A DNA stretch of 64,000 nt from Planctomycetaceae bacterium. Lineage in GTDB: Bacteria > Planctomycetota > Planctomycetia > Pirellulales > UBA1268. Below the pieces are notes generated by a model. It did not search any database. It was not told the DNA's origin and saw nothing but the letters and a program-made list of their open reading frames with translations. The position numbers and the translations under genes were made by a program. Of this stretch, positions 55,108 through 63,111 are shown piece after piece; within the stretch, counting starts at the first letter, position 1, and each line of letters opens with the position of its first letter. Location of the stretch: positions 2,129-66,128 of the forward strand of contig CANFQO010000008.1 of NCBI GenBank assembly GCA_947449135.1, read 5' to 3'.

Positions 55108-58100
55108 TCGATGATCCTCCGCAAGAGGATCGCATCACGCACATTGTGGTTGCGGCCGCGTTCGTAGGCGACGGGAATCGAGCGGTCGAAGATGTAGAAG
55201 CCGCGATTGCGTTCGACGGGCGTCATCTCGAGGGTGCCGGCGGCGTCGCTGAAGTAGCCAATCGTCACCCAGACCGCAAACACGTTGGACCGGACGGTCA
55301 CCACTCCCGACAGCTGGTTCATCGTCTGGTAGCGGAAGGAGGCGTGGCGGTCGGTGTTGCGGTGGTTGTTGAGGTCGAGCGAGCCGTTGCCATTGCCGTC
55401 TTCGGAGGCGTCGAGCGAGCCATTGCCGTTGGCGTCTTCGCTGACGAACGCGTCACGGTAGCCACCACTGCGGCTGGGGGAGGAGAGCTGGGAGCTTCCG
55501 GCGGCAGGCATGGTCAGGAACAGATCGCCAGGGCTTTGCAGGACCGATTTCCCCAACTGATCCTTGTCCCACCGCGGCAATGCGTCGAAGAAGTTTGGGG
55601 CCACCACGTCGGCATCGCCCTGGGCTTTTAGGCCGCCAAACAGCGCCCGCCAGGTGCGGGCATCGGTGATCGTGTTGACGTTCACACGCCCCGGCTCCCG
55701 GTAGTCGGAGAGCTGATTGAGAGGCATGACATCGAGGCCGAGTTTGGCCAGGCCGCCGCGGTTGGCCTGCTGGGTGGCAGTGGCGGTGCCGGAGAACACT
55801 GTGTTGTAGATCCCCGCAAACGGCGACGGCACATGAAGAAAATCGAAGAGTGACGCCGCGTTCGTGGCCGACCTACCGGTGACAGCGTCCCATGGCGCCG
55901 GCGGCGTTGCATCCTCGAAGAATCCCGGCAGGTGATTGAAGGGAGAAGTGGGGGCGGGGGAGCCGGCGACGGAGTGCGACTGCAGCAGTTCCGTAGGCGA
56001 GCCCACCGGCACAAGGGCCAGTTCATACACGGTGTTAAACGGCCTGTTCAAGAAGCAGAGCCAGGGGAATCTGGGAGTGGAGGTCTCCGATCCACCGTTG
56101 GCGTAGAAGCGGCTGGGAAGCCCGGTCAGCGGGTTGCCGTTGGAATCCCGAGTAAACTCCCTGAGGGTGCTCTTCAATTCGTCGGCAGTCGTGCCAAATC
56201 CAGGGGCCGCGTTGAGTTGTTTGGTTGGGGTCGTAATCAGAGGGGTGGCAGACCGCACGGGTGACGAGTTGGAGGCGGTCATGACGAGCGAGGGTGCAGG
56301 GTTCCCATCGGCCCGCACGCGACCACTCCAGATGTCGTATTCGGGGGTTGCTGCCGCAGGAGGATCGGTCCATTTGCCGCCCCGCTCGGCCGATCGAAAC
56401 CGATAGTTCCGCTGGCTGGCAAATGAAGGGTCGTCCACGTTGGCCTGCGTGTAGCCCGCGGGCGGATTGGAGACAGCGTTGTTGGTGGCATTCATCGTGT
56501 TGATGACGGTCAGGTCGACCGTCATCGAATCGACGGTGATGTAGGGGTTTGCGGAGCTGTTGTAGGCGATGGTGGGATTGGCCAGTCGCTGCAGGTGCAC
56601 AACGGCAAAATTGTCGTGCGTGCCGTTGAGCATCAGGAGCGGTGTGGCTGCCGACGTCGTGCCGGTGCCCTTGATGAAGAACTGCGGGCTGACGGTCGTG
56701 CTGCCATTGAGAAAGTAGCCGTCGAGCGGCGTGTCGACTGCGTGCTGCAGCGAAATGGGGTTCTTGCTGTCGTCATACCAATGAGGTTCTGCATTGAAAT
56801 CGGGTGTGAACTTGTTGTTGGATCCATAGGCAAGTTTGGCGACGACCTCGTAGGGCTCCGATCCGTCGAAAGCCGTCGGCTCAGAGAGCGTCGGGGCGGT
56901 GCGGCCCGAGGTGCTGGCGGACGCATTGAAACGGAGCGGCACCTTGTTGATGTAGGCCAGTTCCATTCCCTGGGAGGGATTGGCTGCCGGCTGATCGTAG
57001 AAGTAGCCGTCGGAACTCTTTCCGCTGCCCTTCGGATTGGGCTGCGTGTCGTGGAAGTCGAAAATCAGGTTCTCGGGACCTGCCACGACATACTGCGACT
57101 GCGATGGTTCGACAGTGGCCGCCATCGTGGTCCAGTAGACACCGGCCATGCCGGTGCCGGAGATGACCTGCAATGCTGCCGGAGGTGGAGCAAAATAGAA
57201 GGCACGGTCGATCTTGGCGGTGGAGTTCGCCGCGGCGGGATCGACAAACTTGCCTTGGGCGTCAAACCCCGTGCCCCCTTCAACGTTCCCACGGACGGAT
57301 ACCAGTCGCCAGACCGGCGTCTTGTCGGAGGTGGGGGTCGTCAACGACAGGCTGATCGTCGTGTTTGTCGAGAACGAACTGGTGCCGCCAACGATGAGTT
57401 CGCTCGGCGTTGGTTCACCGCGGGCGGTTCCCGATGGCGAGAGCGTGACGTTTCCAACCGTGCCGCTGACAAGCTGCTTTGCCTGTGATTGCCACGGGGA
57501 GTAGAGCTCGATGAAAAAGGCACCCCACGGACGACGTGATTGATCCAGGTCGTTATCTGGATTGCTGGAAGCAGTGATCTTATTACCCTCGCTCAGGTCG
57601 TCCGTCCGCCGATTGTGCCATGCCAGGGTCTCCGTGATGAGAAGTTCCGGCCGTTCACACCCCCAGACAAAATCACCCGAGCCAGGTGACCATGTCGTGC
57701 TGGCAGGGCCAAAGTTTGCGTCGAAAAAAAACTGCGTCATCACCGAGTCTTCGTCGCGGAAGTCGACGACATTGACCGCATACTGGGCAATTTTTCGGGC
57801 ATCGCTGGCCGAGAGCGTCCCGCTGTTGTTGGCTCGGACGATCGACACCATCAGGCAGTAGAGCTGACGGGCGAAGATCTGCCGACGTCCCAGCGGGGCA
57901 GTGGCATTGTTGCCGGTGGCGTCGTTGGGTTCGGTGGTCAGCGTGTCGTGGAACGGCCGATTGATATCCATCCGGTGCCCCAGCAGCACCTCGGGAGCGA
58001 AGAGGTCCTGCGGGCGATTGCTGCCGGTGCCGGTGATAGAGGTGCTGATGAAACTGGCGAAGGTGCCTCCCACGACGGTTTTCCAGCGGGTGCCGGGGAT

Positions 58101-59885
58101 TACCGGCGTGTCCCAGCTCTCGGTGGTGAGTGCCAGCCGATTCCGGCTGGCATTGGTGCCGCTGAGAACGACGAGCCGGCGGCCGAGCCGGAGCGAGTCG
58201 GGATCGAAATACCGCAGCAGCCCCTCCAGATCGGCGGGCGTCAGCAGGTTGTCTTCGGGCGTAGCGGCGCCGGTGGGAGTTGCCGAATAGCCCGTCCGGG
58301 CGCCGCGACGGGTCAGATTCACCTCGTAGGGGTCGTCGACGACATCGTTGAACCCGCTGGCTTGGTACCAGACCGGTTTGTAGTAGACCGGCTGCCCGAA
58401 GCCGTCCACCCACACCCGCATGGTGCCGTGGAGATCCCCGGGTGCTCCAAATCGCCCAGGCGAGACGAAGTAATTGAAGGCCCGGTCTTTGTCGGTGCCG
58501 GAGGTGACGAGCGAGGCCCGCCACTGGTCGAAAAATGCCCCTGGATAGTCGTTGCTGCCGACGACACCCGGCTGTGTCGGCAGCGAGACCGCCGTCGACC
58601 CGTTCCAGCTCGTCGTGTCCCAGACGGCGTCACCATGGCGGCCTTCCACGCTGCCAACACGCGGGGTTTCCCTGCCGGTGAGAGGATCAGTTTCTACGGT
58701 CGACAACGGCATTCTGCCAGCGGTGAACCGGGTCGCCTGCTGCAGCATCGTAGACGTGCTCGTCGTCCCTGAGCCGGTCGGATCAAAGGCCAGTCCCCTC
58801 ATGAGACTCACTCCCGCCGGGCCGCCCGGCGCACCCCGGGGCAATTGCTCAAGCGTCACGGTATCGGGCGAACTGGATCCCGAGGTCAGCGTCGGATACT
58901 GGTTGAGGTTTTCGGCGTCGACATTCGAGCCGTGAGCGTTGACATTCATGCGACCGTCGAGGTCGACGACAAGCACCGCCGCCCGGGGATAGACCATGCG
59001 TCCAAACGAGTCGACGAGAGGAGGGAGTCCGATATCCAGAAACCGGCTGTCGGCCACGCCGTCTCCATCGTTGTCGATCGAGACCGGGGACGTTCCTGAG
59101 TACAACGGTGCGGGCGTTACGGTGGGGAGCGTGCCGGACAGAATGCGAGTCAGCAGTGGATTGCGGGTATCGAAGCCGTCCCAGGGCTCGTTCGTGTCGC
59201 TGCTCGTCGCTGGATCACCGCTGAACTCCCGCCCATTGATGACCAGCGTCGGCTGCGTTCCGGAAACGGCGGCCACCGCTCCGGCCAGCACCGACTGCGA
59301 CAGTGCTTGGCCGGCCACCGTGGGACCCGCCGCGATGATGACTGTCGGCGCCGTGGTGGAACCGCTGGCCTGCAGGATGCGGGTGCTCGTGCATAGCCCC
59401 GGCAGCAGCAGCGTGAGCACGCGGCCATTCAAATCAGAGACGTTCGTTGGCAGCGACGAACTGCCCGTGGTGGTGGCACCCAGGCCGGCCGTGGTGAGCT
59501 GAATCAGCGAGTTGGTCGTCCCGCTGCCGGTGGCGACCAACGACGCTCCGGTAATGCGGCCTGTGATCGCTGAGTTGTGCCCGTATTTGTCACCGAGAAG
59601 ATCCTCTCCGCTCGCCAGGGCCGTGCCGCTCGTCAGCGTGGCCGTCGTGCCGCGGGCGACGGCCATGAACGCCGCATCGACCAGTTGGATTTCACCCATG
59701 CCTGCGGCGGTGTCGGTGACGGCGTTGTTGGCGAACGCGCGGGCCGACTTGTGAGCCCGCGTGGCAATGCTGAGGTAGGCCACCCCGAGCATCAGGAACA
59801 GCGTGAGCACACTCAGCACTACCAAGAGCAGCACGCCCCGACGGCGCCGTCCGCTGCGGCACCACCCGCATCTCAGGGAGTCCAT
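55104..59885 (-). CDS. Giant GspK-like minor pseudopilin (1593 aa)
   Basis: GspK-style N-terminus RRRRGVLLLVVLSVLTLFLMLGVAYL with no Glu5. VVDLDGRMNVNAHG and EPGRVNVNTITDARTWRALFGGL (GspK xNxN / helix-hairpin-helix-like motifs). DxDxDG loops (IDNDGDGVADS, DANGNGSLDASEDGNGNGSLD). ATGA overlap with the J-like gene. Confidence 0.7.
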   Translation of the reverse strand: MDSLRCGWCRSGRRRRGVLLLVVLSVLTLFLMLGVAYLSIATRAHKSARAFANNAVTDTAAGMGEIQLVDAAFMAVARGTTATLTSGTALASGEDLLGDKYGHNSAITGRITGASLVATGSGTTNSLIQLTTAGLGATTTGSSSLPTNVSDLNGRVLTLLLPGLCTSTRILQASGSTTAPTVIIAAGPTVAGQALSQSVLAGAVAAVSGTQPTLVINGREFSGDPATSSDTNEPWDGFDTRNPLLTRILSGTLPTVTPAPLYSGTSPVSIDNDGDGVADSRFLDIGLPPLVDSFGRMVYPRAAVLVVDLDGRMNVNAHGSNVDAENLNQYPTLTSGSSSPDTVTLEQLPRGAPGGPAGVSLMRGLAFDPTGSGTTSTSTMLQQATRFTAGRMPLSTVETDPLTGRETPRVGSVEGRHGDAVWDTTSWNGSTAVSLPTQPGVVGSNDYPGAFFDQWRASLVTSGTDKDRAFNYFVSPGRFGAPGDLHGTMRVWVDGFGQPVYYKPVWYQASGFNDVVDDPYEVNLTRRGARTGYSATPTGAATPEDNLLTPADLEGLLRYFDPDSLRLGRRLVVLSGTNASRNRLALTTESWDTPVIPGTRWKTVVGGTFASFISTSITGTGSNRPQDLFAPEVLLGHRMDINRPFHDTLTTEPNDATGNNATAPLGRRQIFARQLYCLMVSIVRANNSGTLSASDARKIAQYAVNVVDFRDEDSVMTQFFFDANFGPASTTWSPGSGDFVWGCERPELLITETLAWHNRRTDDLSEGNKITASSNPDNDLDQSRRPWGAFFIELYSPWQSQAKQLVSGTVGNVTLSPSGTARGEPTPSELIVGGTSSFSTNTTISLSLTTPTSDKTPVWRLVSVRGNVEGGTGFDAQGKFVDPAAANSTAKIDRAFYFAPPPAALQVISGTGMAGVYWTTMAATVEPSQSQYVVAGPENLIFDFHDTQPNPKGSGKSSDGYFYDQPAANPSQGMELAYINKVPLRFNASASTSGRTAPTLSEPTAFDGSEPYEVVAKLAYGSNNKFTPDFNAEPHWYDDSKNPISLQHAVDTPLDGYFLNGSTTVSPQFFIKGTGTTSAATPLLMLNGTHDNFAVVHLQRLANPTIAYNSSANPYITVDSMTVDLTVINTMNATNNAVSNPPAGYTQANVDDPSFASQRNYRFRSAERGGKWTDPPAAATPEYDIWSGRVRADGNPAPSLVMTASNSSPVRSATPLITTPTKQLNAAPGFGTTADELKSTLREFTRDSNGNPLTGLPSRFYANGGSETSTPRFPWLCFLNRPFNTVYELALVPVGSPTELLQSHSVAGSPAPTSPFNHLPGFFEDATPPAPWDAVTGRSATNAASLFDFLHVPSPFAGIYNTVFSGTATATQQANRGGLAKLGLDVMPLNQLSDYREPGRVNVNTITDARTWRALFGGLKAQGDADVVAPNFFDALPRWDKDQLGKSVLQSPGDLFLTMPAAGSSQLSSPSRSGGYRDAFVSEDANGNGSLDASEDGNGNGSLDLNNHRNTDRHASFRYQTMNQLSGVVTVRSNVFAVWVTIGYFSDAAGTLEMTPVERNRGFYIFDRSIPVAYERGRNHNVRDAILLRRIIE

Positions 59886-60763
59886 GGGGAGTTCCTTTCG
59901 AGCGTCACAAAATTCTCGGCATACCCGATCGCTCCCTGCACCAGATGCACCCTGTTGGCCGCATTGGAAACGTCATGGTCAAACGAAAATCTCGCGCTTG
60001 TCACCAGGCCCCCAGATACCAGCGGCGCCGCCAGCACCAGCCGCCGCCATTCCCACGTCGTCGCCCCGTCGGAGATGAGCACGACAGCTCCCACTGGGCT
60101 GAAGTCCCGGAATGTATCCGTCGCCACACCCGGAGTGAACGTGGCGGTGGCCGTGGCGGGCGAGAACGTGCCTGCCAGCGGGGCAACGGCGGCGGTTCCG
60201 GTGCCACGGCGGTTGCAGACAACGACGGAGAGGCGAAAAAATTGTGGCAACGCATCGGTCGTCGCGGGCACGAGCGTGGCCAGCCAGGAGAAATTCCCCT
60301 TGCTCGCCCGCTTGCCGGCCGCTGTGTCGAACCTCGGAACAGGCGGATCGTCATTGGATTGCACGGCCTCATAGACAGGGTCGTCCTGCGACCGGAAGAC
60401 CTCATCGGCTGCCACGGTGCCGGCACCAAAATTCCCGATGGTGACTGCGGTCAGCCCCGTGCTGGGACTGGCGTTGGCAAGACCGTTGTTTCCCAGCGGA
60501 TCAACGATGATGGCATGTCGGTTCGATGACGCCGGGGCCGGGGTCCAGGTGGCTGGGTTCAAGATGCCGCGGGTGATTGCATCGGCCTTTGCAGCGGCCG
60601 CCACAGCGGCCCGGCGGTCATCGTCCATCGCCTTCTTCGCCTCGGAGGCACCTGCGGGAAGGAGTGCCACGACACAGGCCAGCCCGATCGAAAGAATGCC
60701 GAGCGACACCAGCACTTCAAGCAGCGTGATGCCGCGGCGATGGCTGGCGACATGGGCGGTCAT
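59873..60763 (-). CDS. Enlarged minor pseudopilin, GspI-like
   Basis: Prepilin motif HRRG|ITLLEVLVSLGILSIGLACVVALLP. 13-nt overlap with the K-like gene. Confidence 0.7.
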   Translation of the reverse strand: MTAHVASHRRGITLLEVLVSLGILSIGLACVVALLPAGASEAKKAMDDDRRAAVAAAAKADAITRGILNPATWTPAPASSNRHAIIVDPLGNNGLANASPSTGLTAVTIGNFGAGTVAADEVFRSQDDPVYEAVQSNDDPPVPRFDTAAGKRASKGNFSWLATLVPATTDALPQFFRLSVVVCNRRGTGTAAVAPLAGTFSPATATATFTPGVATDTFRDFSPVGAVVLISDGATTWEWRRLVLAAPLVSGGLVTSARFSFDHDVSNAANRVHLVQGAIGYAENFVTLERNSPWTP

Positions 60764-60785
60764 GAGGCTTCACTGGCAACGGGAA

Positions 60786-61754
60786 TCAGATGCCCCGCAA
60801 TGCCTTCACGACGAATGCCTGCGAGTCCCCGATCGTCGAGGCATTTGCCGGGATTTCGATAACCTTCACCATCGACGTGCGAGGATCAACAAGAACCCAT
60901 CGAGCCTGCGGGTTCTGCCAGTTTACCCCCGGGTCATCGGCGGTGGTACTGGTGGCATAGGCTGCGCCCACCTGGGAGCGAAGCCCCACGAGGAGGGCTA
61001 CCGGTGTGATCGGAGGGAGGAGCGTGCGCACCCACGCTGAGGTGGTGGCCAGTTGCCGCCAGGCGGCCAGAGGCCGACCGCAGCGATCAAACTCGATCGC
61101 GACGGTTGTGGCATCGCCCATGCCGGTGACAACCGGGGAAAACCCGTATACGCCGATGGTCGAACACGACAGATCGATGCACGTGTCGTCGTTCAGGAAA
61201 CCAACGGACGCCGACGCGCGGCGCTGTGGCGGCAGCCGCAACGTATAGGGGATCGACATGCCCTTGGACGGGAAGGCGAGGTTGGCGGCATTGCGGTTTG
61301 TCCCCGCGTCGGCGAGTTCGATCCTGCTGGTGGTTTGGGCGGTGAAGACCGTGGGAATGCCGGCGAACTCAATCGGAGCGGGAAGAACGTCGGCGGAGCA
61401 GGCGAGTGTCACGACCGCGTTGCCTGAGCCGGGTTGGGAATCAACGATCGTGGAACCGGCAACACCCGATCGCGGGCGGCCGGTCCGTAACGCCACGATG
61501 GCCTGTCCCGCACCGGACCCGGATGTCTCCGCCTCATACCAGGCAGCAGCCCCGTTCCGCGAACCGATCGCTCGGGAAGCCTGTTGGCCTAAATGCACCG
61601 AAACCGCTTCGGCGGCATCGACCAGTCGTCTCTTTCCGGAACGACCGTTGAGCACAGGCAACACGACCACCGAGAGCAGGCCGAGGATCACCACCACCAC
61701 CAGCAACTCGGCCAGAGTCATGCCGCGACGCAGCGAGCCGGAATGGTAGTTCAT
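60786..61754 (-). CDS. Enlarged minor pseudopilin, GspH-like
   Basis: ATG 61754 gives MNYHSGSLRRG|MTLAELLVVVVILGLLSVVVLPV. Confidence 0.7.
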   Translation of the reverse strand: MNYHSGSLRRGMTLAELLVVVVILGLLSVVVLPVLNGRSGKRRLVDAAEAVSVHLGQQASRAIGSRNGAAAWYEAETSGSGAGQAIVALRTGRPRSGVAGSTIVDSQPGSGNAVVTLACSADVLPAPIEFAGIPTVFTAQTTSRIELADAGTNRNAANLAFPSKGMSIPYTLRLPPQRRASASVGFLNDDTCIDLSCSTIGVYGFSPVVTGMGDATTVAIEFDRCGRPLAAWRQLATTSAWVRTLLPPITPVALLVGLRSQVGAAYATSTTADDPGVNWQNPQARWVLVDPRTSMVKVIEIPANASTIGDSQAFVVKALRGI

Positions 61755-61761
61755 GGTGTGA

Positions 61762-62748
61762 CTACCTCGTGAGAAGGTCGTGGTTTGTGATGTTGTCTCG
61801 ATATGCGTCGAGGTTGGCAGGATCGGGGGCTCCCACCAACACGGGTGTCTTCGAGTCTGTGCGCGATGGCGCGTAGGTGCAGGGGGAACTGCCGTTGGCC
61901 ACGCCAAGAGACGCAGTCGGCCAACCGGTCTCCGCCACGCTGACCAGCCCATAGCCGCTGGCTGAACCTGACAGGGGGTCGTTCAGGGACTCGTCGGGGC
62001 CCGGCGAAAAAATCAGCGGGAACAAAGCGAATGCCGTGGCATCGACGTTGTTGGGATCGATGGGGTCGTGCGACGTGACGGCATTCTGCTCCTGCAGCGG
62101 GGAGGAAAAACCGGGCGCCCAGCGGATGAACGAGATCGGCCGCTTCCAGCCGTCCCAAAATTCAAGTTTGCCGTCCTGATCAATGTCGCCGATTCGATCC
62201 GCCCGGATGTGCTCAAGAAAATCGGGAAACATCCCCGACTGGGTGATGATCATGTAGAGGCACTCGGCACCGGCGTAGGCCGACGACGGAGTGGTGGACG
62301 TCTTCTTGTATTCGGCATAGCACTGGCCTGCCGGCGTCAGCGCCGTCGCCGATGAGTCTGGTACGTCCTCCCAGGAATCTGGCATCTCCTCGCGAATGCG
62401 GGCGCGGAGCGACGCCAGCTGCGCGGGGGTGGTCGGGTTCATCTGGACCGCCAGATCCTCGTATTGCTCCCACCGATCCAGAAGGGCGTCGTTGAGTTTC
62501 TGGATGATGAACTTGGTGGTGTCGCGGCGGCTGGCGCGGGCCGCGTTGCGCATGCCGCCAAGCATGAGGCCCGACAGGATCGCCAGAATGCAGGTGACCA
62601 CCACCAATTCAATCAGTGTGAATCCAGCCGACCGAGCCCTGCCGATGCTGGGAAACGCCGCTGCCGGGCGGCCCGCGTTGCGGGCCTCGAACATCGTCGA
62701 AGGCAGACGCAGGGCGGCGATTTTTTTTACGGATGCAGTGGCTTTCAT
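61762..62748 (-). CDS. Enlarged major-pseudopilin-like protein (GspG-like)
   Basis: GAGGAG lies 5 nt upstream of ATG 62748. Prepilin motif SAG|FTLIELVVVTCILAILSG. GspG-like DIDQDGKLEFWDGWKRPISF and terminal DNITNHDL. Confidence 0.75.
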   Translation of the reverse strand: MKATASVKKIAALRLPSTMFEARNAGRPAAAFPSIGRARSAGFTLIELVVVTCILAILSGLMLGGMRNAARASRRDTTKFIIQKLNDALLDRWEQYEDLAVQMNPTTPAQLASLRARIREEMPDSWEDVPDSSATALTPAGQCYAEYKKTSTTPSSAYAGAECLYMIITQSGMFPDFLEHIRADRIGDIDQDGKLEFWDGWKRPISFIRWAPGFSSPLQEQNAVTSHDPIDPNNVDATAFALFPLIFSPGPDESLNDPLSGSASGYGLVSVAETGWPTASLGVANGSSPCTYAPSRTDSKTPVLVGAPDPANLDAYRDNITNHDLLTR

Positions 62749-62825
62749 GCCCGCTCCTCGCAGCATTTCTTGCTGCGTGTCCTCTCGCTGCGTTTCCTCT
62801 AAATTGACTCTACGCTCGTGTTACC

Positions 62826-62839
62826 GCATTCCCTATGCC
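62826..62839 (-). promoter_or_regulatory. Candidate sigma54 (-24/-12) promoter for the pseudopilin operon
   Basis: The minus strand reads GGCAT-AGGGA-ATGC (consensus TGGCAC-N5-TTGC) with GG and GC at the correct 12-nt register, about 80 nt upstream of ATG 62748. Confidence 0.3.
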
Positions 62840-63111
62840 CCGGCGGTGGGGCTATCCAATTATTCGTTTCAGAAACAGATGGTGAGTAGCTTCTGGCTCG
62901 TAGAGACGCGAGGAAGTCCCGTTCGCTCTTCAGAACGCATTACGAAGCCGGGCACAAAAAGGTTCATTTTTTTGCTGACCGGCCTGTCGCGCCGCTGAGA
63001 CAGTTGGGAACGCAGCAGGCTCAACGCAGCTTTTTGGCCTGCCGCGGAGCGAAATGGAGATCGACGGCATGCCTGATTGGATGAATCGTCAGGCAACGCG
63101 CGCGACTTCAG

